Shown: piece after piece, positions 1 to 10,125 of the stretch
How positions within the stretch are numbered: position 1 is the stretch's first letter
How the letters are laid out: every line of letters starts with the position of its first letter
DNA from: an uncultured delta proteobacterium
GTDB taxonomy: Bacteria; Myxococcota; Myxococcia; Myxococcales; Anaeromyxobacteraceae
Assembly: GCA_963828255.1 (NCBI GenBank)
Contig: CAWHDZ010000029.1
Span: 1-48,427, forward strand
Direction: 5' to 3'
DNA: 48,427 nucleotides
Made by a program: the position numbers and the translations under genes
The notes under the pieces: generated by a model
Databases searched by the model: none
Told to the model about the DNA's origin: nothing
Seen by the model: the letters and a program-made list of their open reading frames with translations, nothing else

Positions 1-1264
1 CTTCCTCCTCTTCCTCGCGCTTCCCTGGCCGGTACCGGCCTCGGGCATCGATGCCCCGCGCGGGGCGCTCGTCCTCTCCGGCGGGCAGGAGGCCGAGCCC
101 GCGCCGCTGCCGTCCGCACCGCCGCGGGTCGCGCCGGTGATGTCGGCCGTTGCGCCCTCCGAGCTCCGGCTCGCCGAGGCGACCCTCGACCGTGTCGCCG
201 ATCGCTACGTCGCGCCGCTCGGCAACGGGAGCGCGGTGCTCACCACCGTGCCGCGCCTGCAGGAGCGCATCGAGAAGGTGCTCTCCGACCACCGGGTCCC
301 GTGGGCCGCGGTGGTGCTCCTCGACCCCTCCACCGGCCGGGTGCTGGCCATGGCCGAGCACTCCCAGCGCGAGCCCGGCCGCCGCGGCCTCTCGCTCCAG
401 GCCCGGGCCCCGGCGGCCAGCGTCTTCAAGATCATCACCAGCTCGGCCCTGCTCCGGCGCGGCTTCGAGCCCGACGCCGAGGTCTGCGCCACCACGGCGG
501 CCAGCACCGGGTCCGGCCCTCCCTGCTCGCCGACGACCCGCGGCGCGACCGGCGCTGTCTCTCGCTCTCCTCGGCGCTCGGCAAGAGCGCCAACGTGGTC
601 TTCGTGAAGCTCGCCGACCGTGCGCTCAACCCCACGCTGCTGCGCGCCGAGGCCGACCGCTTCCTCTTCAACCAGACGATCCCCTTCGCGCAGCGGGTGG
701 AGACGTCGCGCGCCGAGATCCCCGAGGAGCCGTTCGCGCTCGCCACGACCGCGGCCGGCTTCGGGCCGGTCCGCCTCTCGCCGCTCCACGGCGCCGTGGT
801 GGCCGCCATCATCGCCAACGGCGGGGTCTTCGTGCCGCCGGACGTGGTCGCCTCGTCGTCCGGCGCCGTCGCGCGCCCCACGGTCCAGCCCTGGCGCGTC
901 CTCGACGAGCCGGTCGCCGCAGAGCTCGCCGCCATGATGCGCACCACCGTGACCGAGGGCACCGGGCGGCGCGCCTTCCGCGCGCCCCGTTCTCGCAAGT
1001 CGTCCCTGCGCGGCCTCACCGTGGCCGGCAAGACCGGCTCGCTCTCCGAGGCCGATCCGTTCCGCGACTACTCCTGGTTCGTGGGATTCGCTCCCGCCGA
1101 GAATCCCCGCGTCGCCTTCGCGGTGGTGGTGGTGAACGAGCGGAACTGGCGCGTGAAGGCGCCCTCGGTGGCGCGCGCCGCGGTGGAGGCCTGGGCCGAC
1201 TGGGACTGGGGGCCGCCTCCAGGCGTCGACGGCGGCACCGCGGAACCGGGCGCGCCGGCCCTGA
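1..1264 (+). CDS. Penicillin-binding protein, transpeptidase domain (5' partial, frameshifted)
   Basis: Motifs SVFK (SxxK), SAN (SxN) and KTGS (KTG), plus 'VLLDPSTGRVLAMA' and 'YSWFVGFAPAENPRVAFAVVV'. Split between ORFs 137..607 and 301..2283 by a frameshift near 490. The true stop is uncertain; a TGA at 1262-1264 lies in another frame. Confidence 0.85.
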
Positions 1265-1279
1265 CCTCGACGGGCGAGG

Positions 1280-2403
1280 TCAGGCCGTTCGCAGCTCGAC
1301 CACGCCCTGCTCGACGAAGTCCCGGAACGCCTTCAGCACCTCGAGCTCGTCGAGCGGCGCCACCTGGGCGATCTGCCCCAGCGCGCGCCGCCCGTCGCAG
1401 CGGGAGAGGAGGTACTTCTGCGAGGCGTCGAGGCCGAGCCCGGAGATCTCGCCGGAGGAGAGCCGGACCACCGGGATGGAGCGCCGGTCGAGCGTGGCGC
1501 GCAGGACGCCCCCAGCGCCTCGCGGGCCGCGGCGAGCGCCTGGCGAGCCTCGTCGGACGAGGGCGCGGCGCCGAGCGCGCGCGCGGCGGCCAGCTCGGCC
1601 TCTGCTGGCCGGCCCTCGGCGAGCAGCCGGGCCGACTCCCCGAGCACCGCGTTCACCTGGTCGGCGTCCTCGGGGAGGGGCTCGTCCACGATCTCGATGT
1701 CGGCGGCGGTCACCACGCCCTGGCGCGCCAGCGCGTAGAGCCGCTGGTACAGGTGGAACTCGGTGGCGTGGAGGGCGAGGCCGATCTCGTCGATGGTGCG
1801 GCCGTTGGCGGCCAGCATGAGCACCTTGCCGTCGATGGTTCCCTCGCCGGCGCTGGCGGGAATCCGCGACTCGTCCACGATCAGCGTGGCGCCGCTGCTC
1901 GGGAACTGGGACAGGAAGGCGTCCCAGGCGGTGGCACGGAACTCGGCCTCCTTCAGGATGTCGGCGAGCGGCACCGACACCGCCAGCTCGTCCTCCGAGG
2001 CCGCGGGAGGCTCCTCGTCCACCGGAAGACGCCCGATTCCCAGCGGAACACGTCGAGCAGGGTCTCGCGGATCTTGATGGAGAGGGCCTCGCGGAGGACG
2101 CGGGGCTGCACCAGCCCCACCATGGAGAGCACCTTCCCGAGGCGGATGCGGGTCTCCTGCTGGGTGCGGAAGGCCTTGGCGAGCTGCTCCTCGTCGATGT
2201 GGCCGAAGTTGATGAGGAGCTGCCCCAGGAACTCCCGGGGGTCGGTGGACGCGGCGCCGACCGCGCTCCCGTCGCGCAGGTAGATCGTCTTGCGGACCGC
2301 ACCGCGCTCGCAGGTGAGGGAGCCGGTCACCGCGCGGCGCGCGAGGAACTCCACGAGCTCCGGGAGTGGGTATGAACGACAGGCTTCCGGCGAGGCCGCG
2401 CAC
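1280..2403 (-). CDS. DUF4388-domain protein with MshEN-like helical repeats (frameshifted)
   Basis: Joined frames read VRGLAGSL..LPELVEFLARRAVTGSLTCERGAVRKTIYLRDG...LGQLLINFGHIDEEQL...RETLLDVFRWESGVF, the typical myxobacterial DUF4388 pattern. C-terminus 'YLLSRCDGRRALGQIAQVAPLDELEVLKAF'. About 3 frameshifts. Confidence 0.75.
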
Positions 2404-2468
2404 GCCCGGAGTCTCCCCGGAAAGACCCGTGGCGGCAAGGAACAGGTCGGTGTTATGACCGGCTCCAC

Positions 2469-3107
<639 letters not shown>

Positions 3108-3278
3108 GAACATCACCGGGGGTAAGCGGTTGGTGGCGACGCCCCACAAGGGTCTGGCGGGATGACCACGGCCGCTCGACGATCTCGTAACCGTCCACAA
3201 TCCTTGCATAAGTTGAGAATTGCCCGCCCCAGGTCCGGGCCACGCCGTGGGGGATTCACCCTCGGCGAACCGATCCTG

Positions 3279-3308
3279 TTGAAGGGTTTTGGAGGGATGC
3301 CATATAAC
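3279..3308 (+). promoter_or_regulatory. Putative sigma-70 promoter TTGAAG-N18-TATAAC
   Basis: Near-consensus -35/-10 pair in a lower-GC intergenic region about 55 nt upstream of the GTG at 3363. Confidence 0.5.
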
Positions 3309-3362
3309 CATCGGGATTTCCGCTAATCTCGGCACTCCGTCACCGCGGAGCGCGGGGGGAAC

Positions 3363-4349
3363 GTGACGAAAGTGGCGACGGGCATCCCGGTCGTGGTGGC
3401 GGGCCTCGGTGAGGTCGGCCGCGCCATCGCGCGCGCGGTCCTCTCCTCCGCCGACCTGCGGCTCGTCGGCGCGATTGACCCGGCCTTCGCGAAGGAGAAG
3501 CTCGACGCCCTCGTCGGGACCCCGACCGGCCTCGGCGTCGAGGCCGACCCGTCGCGGGCGCTTCGCGCCGCTCGCGGGGGCGTGCTCCTCCTCGCCACCT
3601 CGTCCCGCTTCCTCGAGGTGCTCCCCACCGTCGAGCTCGCGGTCCGGGCCGGGCTGAGCGTCGTCTCCACGTGCGAGGAGCTCGCCTATCCGTGGCTCGC
3701 GCACGAGGAGGAGGCAGACGCCCTCGACTCCCTCTGCGAGGAGAACGACGTGGCCGTGGTCGCGGCGGGCGTGAACCCCGGACTGGCGCTCGACCGGCTG
3801 CCGGCGCTGCTCTCGCAGGGCACCGGCGAGGTGCGCCGCCTCGAAGCGGCGCGCGTCGTGGACCTTTCCTCCCGGCGCGAGTCGCTCTGGAGAAAGGCCG
3901 GCGTCGGCCTCTCGCCGGCGGAGTTCCAGCGCGCGGTGGAGGTGGAGGCCATCGGGCACGTCGGGCTCGCCGAGTCGGCGACGCTGGCGGCGCTGGGCTG
4001 CGGCCTCGACCTCGACGAGCTCGAGGAGGAGGCCGAGCCGGTGCTGGCGACCCGCGACCTGGCCGGCCCGGTGCTGGTGCAGAAGGGCGGGGTGGCCGGC
4101 ATCCGGCAGCTCGCCCGCGGCTGGCAGGAGGGCCGGGAGGTCGTCCGGCTCGAGGTGGTGCTCGCGGCCGGCGCGGAGAACCCGCGCGACGAGCTGTTTC
4201 TCGAGGCCGACCCGCCGCTGCGGCTCGTCGTTCCCGGTGGATTCCCCGGAGAGGCCTCCACGGCGTGGTCGGTGGTCCACGCCGCCGCCGCCATTCCCCT
4301 GCTGCAAGGTCTCGTCACGGCGCTCGACCTCCCCCCGGGACGGTCCTGA
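3363..4349 (+). CDS. NAD(P)-dependent oxidoreductase, dihydrodipicolinate reductase-like / 2,4-diaminopentanoate dehydrogenase-like family
   Basis: Rossmann 'VAGLGEVG', 'VVSTCEELAYPW', 'GVNPG', 'GHVGLAES'. Intact ORF. Confidence 0.75.
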   Translation: MTKVATGIPVVVAGLGEVGRAIARAVLSSADLRLVGAIDPAFAKEKLDALVGTPTGLGVEADPSRALRAARGGVLLLATSSRFLEVLPTVELAVRAGLSVVSTCEELAYPWLAHEEEADALDSLCEENDVAVVAAGVNPGLALDRLPALLSQGTGEVRRLEAARVVDLSSRRESLWRKAGVGLSPAEFQRAVEVEAIGHVGLAESATLAALGCGLDLDELEEEAEPVLATRDLAGPVLVQKGGVAGIRQLARGWQEGREVVRLEVVLAAGAENPRDELFLEADPPLRLVVPGGFPGEASTAWSVVHAAAAIPLLQGLVTALDLPPGRS

Positions 4350-4360
4350 GCGAGGCGCGC

Positions 4361-4797
4361 ATGCTCGACAAGACCCTCATCGGACGGGAGAGCGAGGCCA
4401 CCGTGGTGGAGGTGGAGAAGGGCGCCATCCGGCGCCTCGCCGACGCCGTCGGAGACGCCAACGTCGTCACACCTGACGAGGCGGCGGCCCATTCGGCCGG
4501 CTTCCCCTCGCTGGTGGCGCCGCTCACCTTCCCGGCCGTGCTCTCGCTCAACGAGCGGTTCCGCCACTCCCTCGACCTGGGCACCCGGTCGCTCCTCCTC
4601 GGGAGGAGTCGATCGAGTACGGGCGCCCCATCGTCGCCGGTGATTGACTGACGGTGAAGACCAAGGTGGCCGACGTCCAGGAGCGCGCCGGGACCAGCGG
4701 CGCCACCGACGTCCTCATCCTCGAGACCGAGGGGCGCGGCGCCGAAGGCGAGTTCGTCTTCCGCACGCGCGAGACCTACATCCTCCGGCGTGGCTAG
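4361..4797 (+). CDS. MaoC/HadA-like hotdog dehydratase subunit (frameshifted)
   Basis: 'VEVEKGAIRRLADAVGD..DEAAAHSAGFPSLVAPLTFP' then 'IEYGRPIVAGD.LTVKTKVADV'. Frameshifts near 4605 and 4645. Confidence 0.75.
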
Positions 4798-4810
4798 GGA
4801 GGGAGACCCC

Positions 4811-5641
4811 GTGCTCCTGGCTCGGCAGCTCTACTTCGAGGCGGTGAAGGTCGGCGACGAGCTCCCCCCGCTCGTGAAGCCCCCGGTGGACCGCTCCCAG
4901 ATTGCCCGCTTCGCCGGGGCCACCGGCGACTACGGCCCGCTCCACGTGGACGAGCCCTTCGCGCGGAACGCCGGCTTCCCCAGCGTGCTCGTGCCCGGGA
5001 TGCTCGCCATGGGCTTCCTCGGCGAGCTGGTGACCGACTGGCTCCGCGGCGCCCGGGTGCGGCGCTTCGGTGCACGTTTCGTGAAGATCGTCTGGCCCGG
5101 GGACGTGGTGACCGTGCGGGGCCGCGTGGCCGACCGGCGCTTCGAGGCGGCCGGCCGCTACGCGGTGGACATCGAGGTCTGGGGCGAGAACCAGCGCGGC
5201 GAGCTGGTGGTGCGGGGCGCGGTGACGGCCCAGCTCTACTACAGCGCCGAGGACGAGACCCGGCAGCGCAACGGGCAGCCCCCCCTGGCGGTGACGCCGG
5301 CCGAGGAGGAGGAGCGGCTCGCCAAGCTCTCCCGCAGCACCGCCCCGGCCCGCCCCGCGGTGGGCACGCGGCCGGTGGTCGCGCCGGCCCGGCCCCCGGC
5401 GGCTCCCCCGCCGAAGGCCCCACCGCGGCCGGAGCAGAAGCCCGCGCCGAAGGCAGCTCCCGCGCCGGTGAAGCCTCCGGAGCCGCGGCCGGCGGTCCCG
5501 AGGAAGGCACCGGCGAAGGCCGTCCGCGAAGAGGCCGCGGAGGCCGGGCCGAAGAAGCCCGCGCCGAGGCCGGTCTCGAAGAAGTCCGCGAAGAAGGACT
5601 CCCGGCCCGCGCCGAAGAAGAAGCCCGACAAGCGACGGTGA
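4811..5641 (+). CDS. MaoC/HadB-like (R)-hydratase/dehydratase with long Pro/Ala/Lys-rich C-terminal tail
   Basis: Hydratase-2 motif 'FAGATGDYGPLHVDEPFARNAGFPSVLVPGML'. About 100 aa low-complexity PAK tail. Confidence 0.85.
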   Translation: MLLARQLYFEAVKVGDELPPLVKPPVDRSQIARFAGATGDYGPLHVDEPFARNAGFPSVLVPGMLAMGFLGELVTDWLRGARVRRFGARFVKIVWPGDVVTVRGRVADRRFEAAGRYAVDIEVWGENQRGELVVRGAVTAQLYYSAEDETRQRNGQPPLAVTPAEEEERLAKLSRSTAPARPAVGTRPVVAPARPPAAPPPKAPPRPEQKPAPKAAPAPVKPPEPRPAVPRKAPAKAVREEAAEAGPKKPAPRPVSKKSAKKDSRPAPKKKPDKRR

Positions 5642-6460
5642 TGCTGCTCCTCGCGCTCGCCCTGCTCGGCGCGACGCCTGCGCCCGCACCTCCGCAGCCC
5701 CTCGGCGCGGCCGGCCGGGCCGCCCGGATCGCCCGGGGAGACCAGGCCTTCGCCGCGAGCGGGGGACCCGGCGCGCCTGGCCGAGGCCATCGAGGCCTGG
5801 ACCGCCGTGGCGGCCCACCCGCCGGAGGACCCCGCGGTCGATCTCCGCCTGGCCCGCGCCGAGGCCTTCCGCGCCCTCGCCGACCCTGCGTCGGCCCGCT
5901 CCGCCTGGCTCGCCTCCTCGCGCGCCGCGGAACGGGCCCTGCGCCACCTCTCCCCGGCCTGGGCCGCCGCCGTGGACGCCGGCGACCTGGTCGGCGCGCC
6001 GCCCCGCGTCGGGCCGGAGGGTGCCGAGGCGCTCTACTGGCTGGCGCTCGCCACCTGGTCCTCCGCGCGGGAGAAGGGGCTCGCCGCCCTGCTCGCGGTG
6101 AAGGACCCGGCGCTCTCGGCGATGGAGCGCGCCGCGTCGCTCGACGGCTCGGTCGACTGCGCGGGTCCCCACCGTGCGCTGGGCGCCTGGGCGGCGGCGC
6201 TCCCGGCCGCGGTCGGCGGGGGAGTGGCCCGCTCGCGGCGCCACTTCGAGCAGGCCCGCGCGCTCGGGCCCGGCTGCCTCCTCACGCCGGTCGCCGAGGC
6301 CGGCTCGCTCCTCGTCCTGCTGCAGGATCGGGCCGCGTTCGAGCGGTCGCTCGCCGAGGTGGAGGGGTCCGGGGACGTCGATCCGCGCTGGGCTCCGGAG
6401 AACGAGATTGCCCGCCGGCAGGCGCGGGAGCTCCGGGCGCGCGCCGCCCGGCTATTCTGA
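5641..6460 (+). CDS. TRAP transporter TatT (T-component)-like TPR protein (frameshifted)
   Basis: Signal peptide, 'ALYWLALATWS', 'GPHRALGAW..ALPAAVGG...SRRHFEQA', and C-terminal 'PENEIARRQARELRARAARLF'. Frameshift near 5765. Confidence 0.65.
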
Positions 6461-6477
6461 CGGGAAGGGGAGGACAC

Positions 6478-6843
6478 ATGGCCGACCAGACCCAGGACCG
6501 CAACGCCACGCAGGCCGCCACGCCGGCGAACCAGGGGAAGGGGCGCCTGGGCAGCGCCATGATCTGGATGCTCGTCCTCTCGCTGTTCCTGTTCTGGCTG
6601 CCCGTGCTGGGGATGTTCATCGCCGGGGTGGTCGGAGGGCGGAAGGCAGGGTCGGTGGGCACGGCCATCGGCGCCGCCCTGCTGCCGGCGGCCATCGTGG
6701 CCGGGGTGATGTTCCTCGCCGCCTCGTTCCTCACCGGGATGCCGCTCCTGGGAGTCATCGCCGGGCTCGGCTCCGGCGTGTTCGTGGTGGCCAACGTGGT
6801 GCCGCTGGTCGCCGGCGCGGTGGTCGGCGGCATCCTCGCCTAG
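6478..6843 (+). CDS. Small integral membrane protein of unknown function
   Basis: GGAGG RBS and ATG at 6478; 3-4 Gly-rich hydrophobic helices. Confidence 0.7.
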   Translation: MADQTQDRNATQAATPANQGKGRLGSAMIWMLVLSLFLFWLPVLGMFIAGVVGGRKAGSVGTAIGAALLPAAIVAGVMFLAASFLTGMPLLGVIAGLGSGVFVVANVVPLVAGAVVGGILA

Positions 6844-6862
6844 GGTGGGGTAGACTGGCTCC

Positions 6863-8039
6863 ATGAGCGAGCCGAAGCTGGGAACGCTGGCGGTCCACGC
6901 CGGCGAGGGCGAGACCCTTTCCGTTCCCGCCACCACGACCCCCGTCTACCAGGCCACCACCTACCGCTTCGAGACCGCCGCCGACGCCGCCGCCTACCTC
7001 GACGCGCCCGGAGGGGCGCTGGCTCTACGCGCGGCTGGAGAACCCCACCGTCGTCGCCGCGGAGCGGAAGATTGCCGCGCTCGAGGGGGCGGAGGCGGCC
7101 GCCTGCTTCGCCTCCGGCATGGCGGCGCTCACCGCGGCGTTCCTGGCCTCGCTGCGGGCCGGGGACGCGTTGCTGCTCTGCGACACCCTCTACGGCCAGA
7201 CCACGCGGCTGGCGCGGGACGTGCTCGAACGCTTCGGCGTGGAGGTCCGGGTCGTCCCCTTCGACGGCCTGGCCGCCGCGGTGACGGCCGCGCCCCGAAA
7301 CGCCCGGGCGCTGGTCTTCGAGAGCCCCACCAACCCCACCCTGCGCATCGCCGACGTCCCGGCCGTGGCGGCCGCCTGCCGGGCGCGCGGCATCCGCAGC
7401 GTCTTCGACGCCACCTTCGCCTCGCCGGTGAACCTCCGGGCCATTCCACTCGGAGTAGATCTGGTGGTCCACAGCACCACCAAGTTCCTGAACGGCCACT
7501 CCGACCACCTGGGCGGCGCGGTGGCCGGGTCCCGCGCGCTCGTGGACGGCGTGCTCGCGGTGCGCCGCTCCACCGGCGGCAACCTGGACGCCGCCGCGGC
7601 CTACGACCTGCTGCGCGGGATGAAGACGCTCGAGGTGCGGGTGCTGCGCCAGAACGAGACGGCGCTCCGCGTGGCCCGGGCGCTCGAGGGACACCCCCGG
7701 GTCGAGCGCGTGCTCTACCCGTTCCTCGAGAGCCACCCCGACCACGCGATGGCGCGGGCGCTCCTGCGCGGGGGCGGCGGCGTCCTCTCCTTCACCGTCC
7801 GTGGAGGATACCCCGCGGTGGCCCGGGTGCACGACGCGCTCCGGCTGGTGGCGCGGGCCAGCTCGCTGGGCGGCGTGGAGAGCCTGGCCTCCATCCCGGT
7901 CATCTCCTCGCACCGCAACGCCACCGACGCCGAGCTGGCGGCGCAGGGGATCGGCCGGGGGACCCTGCGCGTGTCGGTGGGCCTGGAGGACGCGGAGGAC
8001 ATCGCGGCCGACCTCCTGCAGGCCCTGGAGCAGGCGTGA
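6863..8039 (+). CDS. PLP-dependent trans-sulfuration enzyme (cystathionine gamma-synthase/lyase, methionine gamma-lyase family; frameshifted)
   Basis: 'TPVYQATTY', 'FASGMAA', 'FESPTNP', PLP-lysine motif 'HSTTKFLNGHSD', 'SLGGVESL', 'RVSVGLED'. Frameshift near 7015. Confidence 0.9.
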
Positions 8040-8854
8040 GGAGGAGGGCTGCCGGAGTGCTGGCGCTCGCCGTCGCGGCCGGTTGCGTCCGCGCGCCGCC
8101 TCCCGATCTGTCCCGCAACCCCGCCTCGCTGCTCGCGCAGGTCCGGGCCGCCCAGGGGGGCGTCTCCTCCTGCCGGGGGTCGGCGCGACTGGGGCTCTCG
8201 TCTCCCGACCTCTCCGGCTCGCTCGACGCATGGGTCGCCGCCGAGAAGTCGGGGCGGCTCCGGTTCGAGGTCTTCGACTTCTTCGGCAACCCCGCGGCGG
8301 TCCTGGTCGCCGGCGGCGGACGCTTCGCGCTCCTCGACGCGCGCGCCGGGACGCTCTACCGCGGCGACGACACCCCGGAGAACCTGGCCCGGCTGCTCCC
8401 GGTGCCGCTCGGCGCCCGCGAGCTCGCCAGCGTGGTGTGCGGAGCGGTGCCGCTCCTCGACGGACAGGCGGTGGCGGCCGAGCCGGGGGACGGCGTCGTG
8501 CTCCTCGAGGTCGCCGGCGCGGCCGGGCGGCAGGTGCTGGCGGTGGGGGAGGGCGCCTCGGTGGTCTCCGCGAGCTTCCTGCCCGGCGCGCGGGGGGGGA
8601 CCGCCTGGAAGGCCGCCTTCTCGGTCTTTCGCCACCCCGGCGGCCGCCGCTTCCCCACCGAGGTGGAGCTGCGGGGCGGGGGCGCCGAGCTCTCGCTGCG
8701 CTGGAAGGACGACCTGGAGGTCAACGGGGCACCGCAGGACGCCCTCTTCGAGCTCGACCCCCCTCGCGGCGCCCGCGTCGTCGACCTCGCGCCCGGAGCG
8801 GCCCCGCCTCCGCTCGACCTCCCGATCCGTCCCGCAACCCCGGGCGGCAAGTGA
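8036..8854 (+). CDS. Lipoprotein, LolB/DUF4292-like
   Basis: GTG overlaps the previous stop. Lipobox 'VAAGC'; 'RLRFEVFDFFGNP' and 'TPENLARLLPVPL' beta-rich body. Confidence 0.6.
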   Translation: MRRRAAGVLALAVAAGCVRAPPPDLSRNPASLLAQVRAAQGGVSSCRGSARLGLSSPDLSGSLDAWVAAEKSGRLRFEVFDFFGNPAAVLVAGGGRFALLDARAGTLYRGDDTPENLARLLPVPLGARELASVVCGAVPLLDGQAVAAEPGDGVVLLEVAGAAGRQVLAVGEGASVVSASFLPGARGGTAWKAAFSVFRHPGGRRFPTEVELRGGGAELSLRWKDDLEVNGAPQDALFELDPPRGARVVDLAPGAAPPPLDLPIRPATPGGK

Positions 8855-8861
8855 CCGGGAT

Positions 8862-8884
8862 CCGGGGCGACCCGTTCGCCCCGG
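8862..8884 (+). terminator. GC-rich hairpin after the lipoprotein gene
   Basis: Perfect 9-bp inverted repeat CCGGGGCGA-cccgt-TCGCCCCGG; no strong U-tract. Confidence 0.4.
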
Positions 8885-8894
8885 GCGGTTCGGC

Positions 8895-8922
8895 TTGAAT
8901 CCCCCCGGAAATCGACTAGCTT
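8895..8922 (+). promoter_or_regulatory. Putative sigma-70 promoter TTGAAT-N16-TAGCTT for exbBD
   Basis: -35/-10-like hexamers about 35 nt upstream of the TTG start at 8957. Confidence 0.45.
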
Positions 8923-8956
8923 TGCCCCTCCCCGGAACCCGGAAAGGCGCGAAGAC

Positions 8957-9616
8957 TTGAACCTGGAACTCCTCACGGTCCTGAAGACCGGTGGCGTCGC
9001 GATGTGGATCATCGCGTTCTTCTCGGTCCTCGCCGTGGCCGTGGCCGTCGAGCGGGCGCTGGCGCTCTGGCGCTTCACCGACCGGGCCCGAAGCCTCGCC
9101 GACGCGGTGACCCGTTCGCTGCTCCGCGGCGACACCGAGGACGCCCGTGCGCAGGCCGAGCGCTCCGGCTCGCCCGCCGCCGAGGTCTTCCTGGCGGCGC
9201 TCGTCCCGACGCCCCCCGGCAAGCGGCCGGCCACCGACGCCCGCATCGAGGCGGCGGTGGAACGGGAGCGCCAGGAGGCCAACCAGAAGCTCCGGGCCCG
9301 CCTGTGGATCCTCGGCACCATCGGCGCCACCGCTCCGTTCATCGGTCTCTTCGGGACCGTGGTCGGGATCATGCGCGCCTTCCACCAGATGGGCATCACC
9401 GGCCAGGGGGGCTTCAGCGTGGTCGCGGCCGGCATCTCGGAGGCCCTCATCACCACCGCCGGCGGCATCGCGGTGGCGATCGAGGCGGTCATCCTCTACA
9501 ACATGCTCAACGTGCTGGCCGGCCGGCTCCAGCTCCAGCTCAAGCTCCTCACCGAGGAGTTCCTGGAGATCGTGAAGGAAGTCCGCGCCGGTCCCGCCGG
9601 GGCGCAGGAGTCCTGA
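8957..9616 (+). CDS. MotA/TolQ/ExbB proton channel family protein
   Basis: 'LGTIGATAPFIGLFGTVVGIMRAF' and 'VAAGISEALITTAGGIAVAI'. Confidence 0.95.
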   Translation: MNLELLTVLKTGGVAMWIIAFFSVLAVAVAVERALALWRFTDRARSLADAVTRSLLRGDTEDARAQAERSGSPAAEVFLAALVPTPPGKRPATDARIEAAVERERQEANQKLRARLWILGTIGATAPFIGLFGTVVGIMRAFHQMGITGQGGFSVVAAGISEALITTAGGIAVAIEAVILYNMLNVLAGRLQLQLKLLTEEFLEIVKEVRAGPAGAQES

Positions 9617-9617
9617 C

Positions 9618-10066
9618 ATGTCGATGAACAATCCCGACGACGACGGCGGCACCGGAACCGGCGCGGGGATCTTCGCCGACATCAACATCACCCCGCTCAC
9701 CGACATCTTCCTCGTCCTCCTCATCATCTTCATGGTGACCACCACCGCCATCGCCGAGGCGGGAGGGCAGAACGGCGGGATCAAGGTCAGCCTCCCCAAG
9801 GGAGGCCAGGCCAACGCCGTGAAGGAGGTCCACGACCTCGCCATCGCCGTCCTCTCCGACGGCCGCGTGGTGGTGCAGGGCAAGGTGGTCGACGAGGATG
9901 CGCTGAAGAAGATCCTCGGTCAGGCCCGGCGGAGAACCCGGAGACGCTGGTGCTCGTGCAGGCCGACGAGGGAGTGGCCCACGGCAAGGTCGTGGCGGTC
10001 ATGGACCTGGCCCGCCGCGAGGGGCTGCCGCGGCTCGCCATCGCCACCCGCGCCGACGCCCCCTGA
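9618..10066 (+). CDS. ExbD/TolR family protein (frameshifted)
   Basis: 'DINITPLTDIFLVLLIIFMV'; after a frameshift near 9925, 'LVLVQADEGVAHGKVVAVMDLARREG'. Confidence 0.9.
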
Positions 10067-10125
10067 CCGGCTCCCGGCCCGGCGCGCCCCTCGACCGGGG
10101 CCGCCTGGACGGATACAGTCGGTCC

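Noticed and set aside
3363..4349. Canonical dapB of lysine biosynthesis
   Set aside because: Lacks the DapB 'E.HH..K.DAPSGTA' substrate motif.
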